Shown here in pieces: positions 13,925 through 30,162 of a stretch of 64,000 nt of DNA. Each line of letters opens with the position of its first letter. The first letter of the stretch is position 1. The stretch lies in assembly GCA_964188305.1 (NCBI GenBank), contig OZ076888.1, one strand, 5' to 3'. Below the pieces are notes generated by a model that was not told the origin of the DNA, ran no database searches, and saw only the letters and a list, made by a program, of their open reading frames with translations. Source of the DNA: Podarcis bocagei. Its lineage: Eukaryota. The position numbers and the translations under genes were made by a program.

Positions 13925-14815
13925 TGAAATTGTAGGGTGCCTGGAATTTTGTACACACAACGTTGCTTATGATATGTAGAGTAACATTTTGAGCATCTTA
14001 GGTCTGGCTTCAGCACTGAAGCACATGATACCTCACACGACGTTTCCACTGGACTGGACCACTTCAGGCAACAGGTAGGGGATCAGATTTGAAAGCTTCT
14101 CTCATGTACAAATGATTCCCTGCATATGTAAGACAAGATGCCCACAAGAAGGCTAGGTTAGAACCTTCTCCCTGACATTTTTGTGCGTGCTTGTTTTGTA
14201 TGTGCTGTAACGTGCTTTTGTTAATGTGGGAGAGCATTCAAACTTGATTCATCCATCTGCAGCCTGAAATGTTTCAGTGCATCACATGAAGCTGCTGATA
14301 GTGACATCTAACTCAGAGCTTGGTACATATTTTGCACGTATGGGGTCACTTTGATGTTGTAGAGAGCACACCCGCCTAAGCAAGGGGTCTGAAATCCATT
14401 GATGGTTTTCAGTCAGATGGACTATTCTTATCTAACATAACAGAACTCTTAATATACCAATAGGGAAAGGCAACTGATTGAATGCCAGAACTACTTGTGT
14501 GACTACTTAAACTAAGATTTAGGGTTGGATAGAGTTTTGTGGCAATTAAGCCATTGTGTTGTGTCAGCTGTTTACTCTCATTGCTTGAACAATATAACAA
14601 AAGGGAAATAATACCATCCAATATACACCTTTTGGGAGCAGATTATATGTGAGAATCTGCATATATGACATTGTAGAAGACAAATAACTCTGTTTATGAG
14701 ATGCTGTGTCATGGTATTGACTGCCTGCTCTTACGTGAACTGCTTTAAGCACAAATCTATTTGTGTAAAATACAGCATAATTTTTTTTGTCTGTGCCTAG
14801 GGTTTCAGTGCCACA

Positions 14816-14912
14816 AATCATAGAATCATAGAATCATAGAGTTGGAAGAGACCACAAGGGCCATCGAGTCCAACCCCCTGCCAAGCAGGAAACACCATCA
14901 GAGCACTCCTGA
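14816..14912 (-). mobile_element. CR1 LINE 3' end with (ATTCTATG)n octamer tail
   Basis: AATCATAGAATCATAGAATCATAGAGTTGGAAGAGACCACAAGGGCCATCGAGTCCAACCCCCTG. Confidence 0.8.
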
Positions 14913-16076
14913 AACATGGGGGGGGGGGATTAGATGCATGGGTGTGGCAGAAACGTTTAGTAAATTTAGTAACTATCAATAGGTCTTATTGATGACATTG
15001 TTCTGAAATATATTTGAATAGTGTGGCAGAAAATGCTTGCTGAGTTTTGTTTCTATGAAGGCTAAGCAAACACTTAAGATTATGAAGGCGATGGGAATAA
15101 TTTCTGGGACCTATCCATTCAGGATCCCAGCAACATGCAGCAATATGTATTTGGCTCATCCCCTAGGGAACTACAGTCCAATAGACAAGAATTACGGCCC
15201 ATTTGCAACCCATGCTCCATTTTCTCTGCTTAACAAAACAGGGCAAGGATAAGCTTTGACAGTCAGGACATTGCAGTTCTTAGTAAACCATTAGTAGGCA
15301 CCTGGTTTAGGAATATCAGAAACAGACAGAATTAGAGGTTTAAGAAAGAAGCGAATAGTTGCAAACTGTATTGGAATGGTAATGATGATAACAACAAAGT
15401 AGCAAAAGGTTAGATTCAGATTTAGCCATGCTTAGGCTAGGCCTATTGAAAGTCATGTCTAAGTAAGTCACATTTCAGTGGATCTACTCTAAGTATCCTT
15501 TGCAGGATCCAACCTAATATTTACATCTGCCTATTGCCGTCTTTACATTTTATTATGCTGGAAATGGTCACTATTGCTACTATATGGTTTATAAATTCTA
15601 AAATATATTTTCTCTTAAATACTGTATACCCTCAGTGAAGCTAAACATGCAAAATAAATGAAACTGCAGAGACGTTTTAGTACTTCTGCACATTTTCAAA
15701 CCACTTTGAAATTGGTTTAACCATTATGGCATCTTCCAAAAACCCCTGAGAATTGTACTTTTGATGGTTAGTGACTAGAAGCTCCTAGCTTCATCATAGA
15801 ATTTAGTTTCCAGGGTTTCTTGTATGGCAGCCAGGGCACTTAAGTGTGCTTGACGCTGTTTTAAATGTGTACTGTAGACAGGCCTTAAAAGTCACCTCTT
15901 CTATCTTTTAATTCACTTACATAACTGAACTCGCAGAAATTATTTAAAAAAGCCAACTTTTGCCTATTCCATATGCAATGCCTCCTGGTTTGACTAGAGT
16001 CTTATGCAATTGCTGGTGTTGTTGTTTTTCCTTGTTTGCATCCAAGTTTCGTGTTTAATCAGTACTCATTTCCTAG

Positions 16077-16247
<171 letters not shown>

Positions 16248-19227
16248 TAACCACTAAGCTTCTGTGTCTGTCTGTTTTTTTTAGCAAGATGCGGAATCAG
16301 ATAAACATGCTCCCATTGAAGCATTAGCAATCCCAACGCTCTTTAATCAGACAGTTCCCAACTGTCTTTAACTGGATTGTGCCTTTAATCAGAAAAATAA
16401 AATATTGTGTTGGTGGAAAGTCTGGAGCCGTATATTGCACTGACAAGCAATTTTCTTACTCCTATCAACCTCTGTAGTTCTGGGACTTGCTCAAGAAGTG
16501 TTCGGGGAGGACTTGTCTTATTTCAGGTAGCAGAATTATTAGAAATTTAATTTCCAGTCTCAACATATGGTCTTCACTCATTACTCTCCCCACAAGCAGA
16601 TACTCTAGCAGATTTAACTGTAGGAAGTTAAATAAGACTTAGGGAACATAATTTCGGCTGCAATCCTAGACACGCTTAACATGAGAATGAGTCCCAATGA
16701 ACCCAATCTGTCTTACTTGTTAATAGGATTATACTGCCAACTTATTGTTCTATGAATGTACAGGAACCCTTGGTATAAGATCTCCCTGCAATCTCCCTGG
16801 TACAGAAAGGGCACCTTGCAACAGATGCCTTTAAAATTCTGCAAAGCTCTGCATTTGGTGTCCGTTCAGTCATTATGTGACAGGGAAGCTGGGGTCACTT
16901 TCCCATGTGGCATGGCTGACTGAAGGCCTGCCACTCCCTTTCTTTCTCTCTCTGTGTGTCTATGTAGAATCAGCACTCTTGTCACATTTCATTTCAGGTG
17001 TATTCCTCACTACCAAATTGGCACAGTGGTTGGTTATGCACGCTTCTTTCCTCGCACTTTTAATTTTATATGTTTTGCAAAATAAATGCTGAATTTGTAC
17101 AATCTGCTTTCATGCACACCCTAATAAACGTGATCCTATGTGCTTAAAAAGTGCATGTGCCAAAACAGGATAGTGAAGTAACCAAGTCTGGTTTGTGCTA
17201 GAAGTAGTCAGTGTGTGAATGAATTGCTGAAAATAGCACCTAACCACATAGAGATCACTTCAAAATCACAGAGTGAGTCTGCTATAGTTTCTAGGGTACT
17301 TGCAGCATAGCCACAAGACGCACCTTGTTTTTGTAATCTACTTCACCTTTCTCTTTTGAACTTCAAAAGATGTCACCCTGGGCTACGGCTATGGTAGGAA
17401 ACTTGCATGGAGCAGCATCAACGACATAGACAGCCAAGGGTATGTGGGATGATGGAATGCAACGTATCACAGAAGAAAGCAGACGGGAGTAACCATGTAG
17501 AAATCAGGAGAGGAATACAAACTCAGAGGAAGGCTGTAGAGCCAGAATTAAGCCTACACATTCATTTGCTCCTAAAAATTCCACCCCAAAGGCATTCCCA
17601 TGGCACGAACTTTCCTTCCCTGAAGTAATGATCATGGAGGAGATCCTCTGCTGCAAGTTGCTATTGAGGATAGCCACTTCATGATGCCTGCTCTCTATTT
17701 GGTTAGAGCTTGTAAACCTTGGGGCAAGGAGGTGAGAATTCACTGCAGGGATGCTGCTTTGGTTCCCAAATGGACCAGCTCTTGGAGGAGAGCACTCCGC
17801 GTATTTTTCCTGCCTGTTTCATTTCAGAAGCTGCCTGGTATCCGAGACTCTGTGGGCAATTCTGGAAATACTTTTATAACCTCATTTTATATTGTGTGCT
17901 CTGGCATACTTCCCTAGGCCCAAGTCTAATTATGCTTTGAACCTTTTGTAAGTTTATTTATTTATTCTTAATGTAGCCTCAGGAAGAAGAGCTACTGGTG
18001 GATGTGACTAATAAAGTGTAAGAAGATTCCACCAAATGAGATTCCCTTGAGCAAACCACCAAAAACCCTGGAATCGTTCCAAATGATTGCTAATTTCAAA
18101 ACAGCTTCTAGCTACTCTTTCCTAAAGGAAGAGGCCATCTTCATAGACAAACTCAACAAAGAATCCTTATTGACTTAGTTATGTGAGAGCCTTTCAGTAG
18201 CTGTCCACATCGAGAATTATGGCAGTGAAGCTTTATCACCGAACATATTTCATTCTATTCAGTTGCTTTCAAATTTATTTAAGCAGAAGTCAAGGCAACT
18301 CAATATTTTACTATTTTTTATTTTTAAAAATGCAGATAAAAAAGTGGGGGAATAAACCAAGACGCTATCACCACTGTTCTTGGAAGCTGTTGTTGGGGAC
18401 AACTTAACTATTGGATAAAATTAAGCTGTAAAAGAGGAGCCCAGTCAAATTGCTACCTGCACCATGGTACAATTACCCGGGATCTTGTGGCAAATGTTTG
18501 CCTTTTCCTCACCCATTGCCCTGGACATTCCTTGCTTCTCAGAATTTTGCAGTGGCTGCAGGAGTTATCACAGCAGAATGAAAGGTGTAACAGGAAGGCG
18601 TCTGTCTTTGAATGTATGACTTCTGTGTGTGTATCCGTTTCCCTTGAATTGTGTGTTGTTCGCAACAATATGGTTGACCAGTGTCCTAATTCATACTTTT
18701 CCCATTAGCTGATCCTAGGTTTGAATTTTTTAAAAGATATTTGAGATACAGTATGCAAAGTGATTGGATGATTCCAAGGCACCACTTAAGTCCTAGGTGG
18801 TGGTGTTTCAGTACAGTAAATACTTTATAGACATGTCTCTCAACTAAGTTAATATTCAATAAAACACAACAGTTTATACTGCATAGCACTTCTGGCAGTG
18901 GAACCTTTGGGAACTGTTTGGCTGAGCTGGTGTAGCACAAAATGTTCAGTTGCTCAGGGAACAAAGCATTTTGCACTCCAGCATTGGTGAGGGGAAGAAA
19001 ACATCCTTGGAAGAGGTCTCAGGACATAGGGAAGAAAGGACAGGAGGCCAAGAGCTAAGCAAGCTGAAGAAAGAGAAGATGGAGAAGTCCTGAAGAAAAG
19101 GGACAAAGGGGCACTAAGTCAAGAAGGGCACAAGAAAGAGTGAGCTCTGAAGAAACACAAAGGTGTGCAAATCAGGAAAGGCTGTATGCTATGGAGGGAT
19201 AGGAATTCTGAAGGAGAGTGGCTAAAG

Positions 19228-19364
19228 GAATCAAAGAATCATAATTGGAAGGTACCATGAGGGTCATCTATGTCCAACCCCCTGCAATGCAGGATTTTTT
19301 TTGCCCAATGTGGGGCTCGAACCCACAACCATGATATTAAGAGTCTCATGCTCTATCAACCGAG
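19228..19364 (-). mobile_element. tRNA-Lys(CTT)-derived SINE with CR1-type 3' tail
   Basis: Reverse complement reads TAGAGCATGAGACTCTTAAT...GGTTCGAGCCCCACATTGGGC (tRNA-Lys body) joined to the CR1 tail GGGTTGGACATAGATGACCC...TTCCAA...ATGATTCT. Confidence 0.75.
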
Positions 19365-22300
19365 GAAGTGGGGCACTCAAACACTGGGTGAACGAGATAT
19401 GTAAATGAAGGAAAGAGGAGCCAAGGGGGAAAAATTGGGCTGGGAACTGTGGGCCAGGGAACCAAGGGTACATTACCAGTGTAGAGCCTGATAGGAGAAT
19501 TGTACTAGATGTGTCTTTTATTGTTATTGTTTCATTTGATTTGGCCACCCTACGGGGGGACAACAGGTCTAATAAGTCTGTTGGTGGAGAGTCTGAATAG
19601 CATTTTACATATTGATTTGAAACAAGCAGCCAATGTTTTGACTGCAGGCTTCTATTCCACTAAAACATTTTCAATTGGAAAGTCTATGTGCTGCCCTATC
19701 ATATTGATCAACTTTAGCAAGAGTGCTATAAACACAGCTGTTACATTTAAAGTTAGATCTCATGGCTGCCCAAATCAACCAACTGCATGCTATTCAGGAA
19801 GATACCTTAAGGCACTGCATGACGATTAGTAGAAGCTCAGCAATAATTTGACACAGTGATGCCAACACTACACACTGTTTCCTCAGGAGATTGCTCTAAT
19901 TAAAATTAAGTAAATCATGGCACACAGGGAGTTCTTATGATTGCTATATCAAGCTGTCTTGAGAGCCCTTTGGATAAAAAAACAGCATAAAAATGGAAAA
20001 TAAATACAGATCTTCCTTCTGCCCCACTGTCATCAATATCATTATGATGTTAGTAATTGTAATTAAATAGCCAATTTTTAATCTGTGGGTTAGCAAATTA
20101 ATCTGCTGATTAATTTGACATGAGACATAGGCATTGAGTAGTTAATAATTGAGAATTATGTAGTTTTTTTAATTAACTACTTAATTCTAAATTATTAACT
20201 ACTTAATGTCTGTGGCTCAGTTCTCATGACTCTGAAAGCAGATTGAAATATAGATTATCTGAATGTGAGGGGCAAGCAGTTTAAGATGTTAAAAGAAAAC
20301 TAGGAATGGACTGACTTGAGCATCTTTCTTTTTTTTAAATCCATGTTTTGATGAAACGATCTTGCCTACCTACCCAATGGCGAGGCAAGTGGCATGTCTT
20401 TATTCCAAGACTTGCATCTCTCGCGGTGGGAAGTTCAGATCACTTTTAATGTTATGTGAATCCTTCCTAATTCCATGCCTTACCCCTCTTGTTCTGACAT
20501 CAGGTCGAACAGCAGAATGTGGTTTTACTTTCTATTGAATGTACAAAGAGCTTCCAAGGAAGGATCAGTTAACAGAATTTTTAAGCTTGCTATATTGCAC
20601 TACTGGGCCACAGAATCCAGATACACACAGCATGAAGGTGTGGGGTCAAACAGGAAGCCAGTTTAATGGAGAGAGGGGCCAACCTGCAATTTCATATCAG
20701 CCCATGGGGACTTGCGGTTCAAACTCTTGAGAACCAACGACCAGCTTCCTGTAGCTCTCGAATTAACTTCTTCAGTGTACGAGAACATACTCCATACATT
20801 CATCAAGGGAGCAGTTGAATGAATCTGTGTGAGCCTTGAGTCTCAATAATATATCAACATGATTTTTAATGGCTTAAAAGAATCCCTCAGAGGGCTGTGG
20901 TCCTGCTCCTGGAATGGTTGATATTTTTATATATTTGTGCTTCAACTTATTTAAGCAAGCGAAAACATAATTAACCAGACCCAGTTATGACCGTTGTTTA
21001 AAGATTTGTGTTCCCTTGCCTGACATCACAGGGCTGTCTTTTTAATATTAGTGAAAATAAAATAATTAGTGAACAATAGCTTCCAACCATATAGGGACCA
21101 TTCATACCCTGCGGCTCCAGTTCCTTTTTTCTTTTCTTTTCTTTAAAAGAAAATTCAGATGCTCTGCCATTCTTTTCAAATTAAATCACATGGAAAATGC
21201 TTCTTCCCTGCTTTTTTCATTAATCAGCAATTGCTAGTGTAACCAAAAGAGCAACTGTGATTTTTCAAATGCAAAGGATGATGGACAGAAAAAACCATAG
21301 GACAATTATGAATAATTGCCGTGTAATTACAGAACAAAAGAATTTAAAGATCACATGTCAGGGTAGGATTTTCTGAGCGCTTGTGGCTGGGGGTAGAGGG
21401 TCACCTAGAGCAGAGATATCTGATTCCCAGCAAAAAGGCCACACACCATGCTGTACCTTCTCAGTCTGTTTATGGCAACTGTCTCTCGTTACAGTATGCC
21501 GCCCTGGCTTGGGAGCAAACTCACCAACACCAACTCACCAACACAAAGGTAATTACACACTGCCTGCCTTCATAAAACCTCCAGCTTGCTCAAATAGAAA
21601 CCACATGTTGGAATAGACAGCAATGCATTAAAAATAGCACTTAACAGTCATGTGTTTAATAAGCAGAAAATATGCGAACTTCACTTCTAGCTAATTTCTT
21701 GGTCCTAAAGGCTTAAGTCATTGATGGATTATAATGTATTTGGTATCTGGTGTGGGAAGGATTGCAATGGTTAGATGAGTACAGCGTCAAGACAGTGTTG
21801 AAAACATAGAGGCTGGGAAATAAGACCCCTGGCTTGGAAATTTAAAGCAAATGTAAGGTTATAGAATATAAGAATGTAATGTTATAGAATATAAGGGTTT
21901 ATCAAGGTGGAAGAGAAAATGTCTCACTGTAGATCCACTCCTGTAATAGCTTGACTTGGCTTAGTTTAAAGTAAAAATGTATATTGAAGTTAAAGGGACT
22001 GGCAGGGTTGGAGTGCTACACTAAGAATGAAGCTTATTGGTCTCTTCACATTCTACCATGCATTAGGCAATCCTTTTCCACCCACGACAAATTTTAAAGC
22101 GCTTTCATTCTATTTACTTGCACAAAAATACGTTCATCTCCATTTCAACACTGTCTTTGTCACAAGAATTCAAATGAATGCATCCTATGTTTTCTTTTAC
22201 ACTCTCTGTTATTGTGAGCTTCTGATTACCATAGATTGAAGGCAAACAATAATGAATGACCATTACCATCACAACCTTTCCTGTGAGTTTCCTGAGGCAT

Positions 22301-23591
22301 TTAATTCGCTACTGCAGCCTTGAGAGACTTAGTTTGATCCACCCAAACCGTTCTTCTGTTTTAAATAGTTGGTTTTCAGTCCTAACGTTATGCGCAGCCA
22401 CATCGTTCACTAATTTAACCAAAACCCAACAATTCTGTCAATATAAATTTAGGATTATCTCTGTGATGAACTACTGAAAGCATCACCTGACTAGTGGTGG
22501 CAATGCACAACCCTACTACCCAAACTTATTCTGAGTGTCAGGGTTCTGGGCCATAAGACCTTTTTCCATCCATTGTAATTGGAGAGAGGGTTCCGTTTGT
22601 GCAAATAGCATTGTGTAGAAAGCTGCCCTGTTCCATGGACGTGAATGGAGAAGCCTGTATGCCCCAAGCTGGAGATTAGGACAGTTCTTTTTATAGTGGC
22701 AGAGAGAACTGCCAAATGAGGGAAGGATCTACTATAGAGCAAAGTGATCTGGTGTACTTGTTTCCTCATTCTGCCTCTTGCTATTATCCCAGACATAACT
22801 GCTTAATCAGGAGATGGGGCCAACCTGAATTGGGGCTTTTATGCAGATCTTGAACATTTATGGCTACTGATACAATAGATTATGTAATGGAATCTGCAAG
22901 GGGTCTCCTATCCTCTCTCCATCGTATCAATGTATTAGTGTGGTGCAGTTTGATGCACTCATTAATGATTTCGGCTATAATTTTAAAAGTGAATGTTTGC
23001 CCTGCCAGATAATCTTGCCTTGTTGTGAAGGCCATTAAGAACTACTCATCTCAACTGGTAGTATTGTTGTCTGCTTAGTTTTAAATTTTAACCACTATGT
23101 CAGCTGTGTCTCAGATTGCTAGGCATGAAAGCCATTTTATATTTGTATATCTCTGATGTATTTTCATGTGTAAATAAGTGCCAGCCTATTATCTTTGAGA
23201 AAGGGAACAACTGAGTACCTCTGTATATAAAGAAGTCTTCCTGCTTGCATATCAAATCTATTATTTCTTTGTTAAATTTGTATTCTGTCTTTTCTACAAG
23301 AGCTCAAAGTATCTCACCTGGATATTACTTTGGCCAAGATCTATTTAGTAAATTCCAGCAATGCAACTGTACCATGTGCCTTCAGACCAGTTAAGAACCT
23401 GTGAATTTCTTTACTGTGCAATCCCATACAATTCTGTTCAGAAGCAAGCCCCATTAAGTTCAATAATAATAAGACTTATAGGATTGCAAGTTGGATACCA
23501 TACAAATCAATAGCAACTTCACTATTAGAAGTCCTGAACACTGCAATAGAGGAATGCCATCTGCATTGGGCTTTAAAAGCAATAAATATCC

Positions 23592-23824
23592 CAAATTAAA
23601 TTGACGGATCGAAGAATTTAATTTAGAAAAAAATCCAAATGTTTCTCCAATCTGTGTGATATTTTCTCCAAATAAAGGGAAAATACCTCACACTTAGAAA
23701 GATCAAATTAAATTGACGAATTGAAGAATTTAATTTAGAAAAAAATCCAAATGTTTCTCCAATCTGTGTGATATTTTCTCCAAATAAAGGGAAAATACCT
23801 CATACTTAGAAAGATCAAATTAAA
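23592..23824. repeat. 112-bp tandem duplication (2 copies, 3 mismatches)
   Basis: CAAATTAAA at 23592, 23704 and 23816; units align without gaps. Confidence 0.95.
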
Positions 23825-26269
23825 GTTGCTACTGTTCTTGTGTGAGTAATATTTTTTTCTTAATACATTTTTTTGGCTGGAGCATTCCTTGTGAATGAAA
23901 GGTATCTTACAGGAACCCTGGCTGATACAGAGCAATAACATTCTTCCTGAATTGTACATTTCTTTGGCTTGCACCCAACCCTGCAACTGTTACTCTAGCT
24001 GTTGTCTGATAGATATCAGCAAGGCAACTCATCTGAGCCAGGCAGGTGGAATCAGGGCCTTCTCAGACAATGGAAGTCTTTGTTGTTGTGATGGGAACAG
24101 ATAGCTACAGGGTAAACATTTAAGACAGACAACAAGCGGGCAGGTTCTCAAGGATAAGCTTTATAAGAGCAGGAAGGTTAGCATCAGCCACGGTGTACAT
24201 GGAAGTCAGAGGACGTGATTATAGTTCATGGGAACCAAGAGTGCAGGATGGGATACATTCAATTCAGTTTCCTTTGCAGGCTTAAAATAGAGCCATTGTA
24301 AATTATGTCAGCCTGTCTGAAACCACTAAAATAATTGTTAAGAAGGTCTGAGAATGCACAATATGCATTGTTGTATGGCTTTGATGTGTGAAGGGCAAGA
24401 GCCTGTGATATAACACAAACTGAGCAAAAGTTAAACTGTTCAACTCTTCTTTACTGGAGGAAGCTGAGTTTTAATGCATAAGGATAATAACCATACCCAC
24501 TATTTAGAGTTTAGAGTGGTGGTATATAGCCAAAGTGGCAAAATCCACACCCAGGAGGGAAGTGTCAGCAAGCTTGGAAGAACCTTAAGTTTTGGAGAAG
24601 GACAGAAAACCTTGACGGGAAAAAAACTCTCAATAAGCTGAGTGAGAATTGAACATGTTCAGAGGCCATGGAATACTGACTGATTTGTTGGGGTAGAGGA
24701 GATAGAAAACCGAGTTAGAGGGGAAATGGAACAGTATAATCCTGGATGACTGACTGCAACACCCCATGCTGCAACATTTTATTGCAGGCATCTATTTTAA
24801 AATTTCAGGCTGTGTGTGCCAATTATATTCCCATACAAAAGGGAGGAATCAGCCAGGAACTCTTAAGGTTTTCAGAAGTATGTTTTTTGTTGTGTTTTAG
24901 GGGAAAACCTTAAGCGGGAGGGGACCCCTCCCAACAGCCCAAAGCCTACTAGCTGTGCTCGGTGACCATGGAATGCTAAGTAACAACCGAGGAAGACACA
25001 AAACTGGAAGGAGAATGGAATGACTGAAATCTTTTACGGCAGCATGCCACAAACAGCAATGCTTTGTTGCAGGTCCTCCTTGCATTTGCCCTGATTTTGA
25101 AGAAAACTTACCACATACCTGTGTTGGCAAGGCCCTGCCAAGAGCACACATTTGTTCTGAATGCAGATTTGTTTTAGTAAATGACCATAGGAATTGTTCC
25201 AACTGTAGAAATTAGCTTAGAAAATGTATTCTTTGTTCATGGTGCACATATACAACCACAGTACTTTATTTCTGAAATCAGACCAGTATAACTATCATGG
25301 TTATGCAGTATATATATAGCAGTATATATCAAAAGCACTAAACCTGTGGTAACCTCTGTTCAGACTTTCTTAGATAAAAGTAACTTTATATGCTTGTGCA
25401 ATCAAAATAATGGAGCAAACCACGGGGTCAAGTTACTTATGCATATGCAAGTGTTATTCATGCATATGCAAGGGTCAATATGGTATTCTCTTCTGCAATT
25501 ATGTCTTATGTCTCTAAAGATCATTGTACTATAAAGCAGTGACCATAATCCAGAACTCCATGTATGTGCAAAAGATTGGCTTCCATGTAACGTCTTTGTA
25601 TCTCTTCTCAACTTGCAAGTAGGGGACTGCTGAATCGGAAGGACAGGGGTTTCAGGTGCATGCACATGGATTTTTCTGGATCCTGGCCAATGCATATAAA
25701 ACTCAAGGCTGTCAAATATTATGAACAATAAAACAATATGATACTAATGTTGATTTTTTTTAAAAAGGGAAAGAAATGTGGGGATTTTCATTTTCTGCTT
25801 CTTATTATATTTGCCTAACTGAATTCCTTGTTTTGGTGGTTGGGACAATTTTGGTTTTTTTACATGCAATCTGCACTCAGACTCATCCTTTCAGATGTCT
25901 GACTAACAATGCAGCCCCTATACATGTTTAAGGCCTTGGTGCTGTCCATTGTTGGTCGTACTCAGAACAGACCCATTCAAATCAACAGACTGTGTTAAAT
26001 GGGGCTTACTCTTAAGTGTATGCACATAGGAATGCTGGTGGCAGCCATAGTTGCATATACAAGGATATAAATTCCATTGAACTCAGTGGGTCTTATTTCT
26101 GAGTAAACATGTTTAGGAATGAACTCTTAAGTAAGTTTTCTAAAAGTGTATGAGACTTCAGATGCTCAGTTTAAAGCAGCTGGGTGGGACTGAATGGGGT
26201 GTGGGGAGGAGGAACAGAAAAAATTACTTTAAATCCTGAGTTTTTGTTGTTGTTGTTGTTTACACACAG

Positions 26270-27632
<1,363 letters not shown>

Positions 27633-29976
27633 GTAATACACATGAAACAAGCTATACAGATGGCCCAAATGGCCTATGGTCCTCAGTCATTTAATGTAAT
27701 AAAATGCACAAATAGTTGAAATTTGAATGAATGCAGCTTAGGGACTGGGGATTTTTAAACATTTATTCTCTTAATACAAAATAATTATTATATCTGAAGC
27801 AATTTTCCCTTCAGAAAAAAATAATGTATTTAAAAATTGGCAGTCAAATCCAGCTTTTGTTTGCAAACTAGGAACGTCGATCTCCACTGCAATCAAAGGT
27901 GTTTCACTCAAGAACTCAAAACACGTTGTACCATAGCAACACAACGTGGAACTCAAGGGTAAAATTCTGCCTTTATTTACAATCAAGTAATCTACTGATT
28001 TGTTTTTAATTATTGGGAAGTGTTTGTTGCACTCTGCTGTGCAGAGTATTACAACTAATGCCAAAGGAACTGCATGATAAATAGTAATATAGCAATGAAA
28101 TAACAATAATAGTAAATATTACTTAGTGTGTTCGGATATCTTATTGAACACAGGACAATAGAACAATTATTACAAAGGGAAATAGCAATGTATGCTATTT
28201 TCTGGATCTATCCAGGGAGACACCTGATAAAGCCGGTGCATTCAAACAAATTCAATTTGATATTCCTGATTAGAGTTTTTTCTGGGTTTTCATAAAATAG
28301 TTTCTTTATTTACCACATTGAATGGGTACTGTCTTTCATGTGATCTCTGGAAAGACAATACAATAAATTGTTCCCCCAAGTTTGCCACTTCAAATGGCAG
28401 GCTAGCCTAGTTTCTCGCTTTGTAAGTAAGAGCCCAAGCCTGATGGATCTATCATCAGGCATGCAGCTGTACCCAAATATAGTTTCCTCGTGAGTGGAAG
28501 TATTCTAGCTGCCTCCTGACAATGCAGACTAGTGTGTTTCCCATGAGTATATTGACTTCTGTTGGTGTACAGCCGTAGGTGCGTATGTGTTGCAAAGGAG
28601 CAAAGCATACCACAAGAACAGATGAACAAAAATCTAAACAGAACGCAATTGGACAAGGGATAACAACGGCTGCCAGCTGCCTAAGGTGTTCATTCCCATG
28701 TAATATGCCAGCACACAGCAAGAGTACAGCAATTGTTGTCAAAATTAATTAAATAATTAAAGGCTCTTTAATTAAAGCCCTCAATAACCCACCCACAGAG
28801 CAGAGAGCTCACTGCATCTCTGCATGATTTACTGCTGTGGCTTAACATCCTTTCAATGAACCTCTACTTTGGATGGCACTCTCTCTCTCTAATGGAGAAA
28901 CTCATTCATCTGCAATGCAGAGATGGCAGCAGAATTACCCACCCTCAGAAAGGCCTCCAATCTGCCTGTGCTTGAGTCACTGTTCTGGCCTTGCTTCTTT
29001 CCCACCAGGAGACATACCCAGATCAGTGACTCATGCAGAAACACAGGGAGTGGGGGGGGGGGCTCCTCTGAGAGTGAGTCATTTTAACTCTTACATATTC
29101 TACAAGTATGCTGTTCAGGTTAAACAGGGAAAGGAACATTTTATTTTTATATTTTGAAAGAACAAAGTTTGGGAAAAACTGGCCTACGTTTATGAACAAG
29201 TGCTGAATGACGCCAACTTGCTGTTTTCGAATATCACATCTGGATATTCATTCATGGGATTTAGACCTAAATAAATATAGCATCCTGTTAAAATTATTCT
29301 CTCCCCCCCCCTCCCGTTTTGTTTATTTCTGTAGTATTTGTCTACTATGGAATTTGCTGCTTCAGTCACTTGGCACAACTTAACTAATCTACAACTTCCA
29401 AATGTAAAACAAAAAATCCTCTCATTCTTTAAACAGTTAGCCAATGATATAAACTTGGCAGACCTTCATGATGAGTTACAAAAAAACCATAATCCTATTT
29501 GGGGGGGGGGGAGAAAATATGAATATGGAAATAGATGTATTTTGTATTTGAAGTGGTGAGCGTCGATGCTGACATATTTGGAACTCATTTCCCATACTTC
29601 AAAAGCAGATAATATTATTAATAGTAAAACAATAATAAATGCTTCATAGAAAAATTTTCAGTCCGATTGTTTGTTTGTTTTTAATATTTGATTTTGTTCC
29701 ATAGAAAATTGGCCATTTCAACTCTGTAGTTTTGATAATATAGTTATGGTTTTGATAACTGTGCTCAGACCACTCAGCAGTTTCTGTTGCGCATAATAGT
29801 AGATACTTGAAACTGGAATGTTTCCAGAGTCATTGGCGTAGTTTTTTAAGGGGTGCCCACCAGCCTCATTGGCATTAAAGAGCATAGTGAATCGCACCTC
29901 CTTGTCTTTGATCTTTGTGCCTGAGAAGTTTTGCCTCTTGTTCTGAATCCAAGTTATCAAATAGTTATCCATATGA

Positions 29977-30162
<186 letters not shown>

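Noticed and set aside
19290-19364. tRNA-Lys(CTT)-like sequence (also ~51290-51357)
   Set aside because: The acceptor and anticodon stems are mutated and it is fused to a CR1 tail, so it is a SINE head rather than a tRNA gene.
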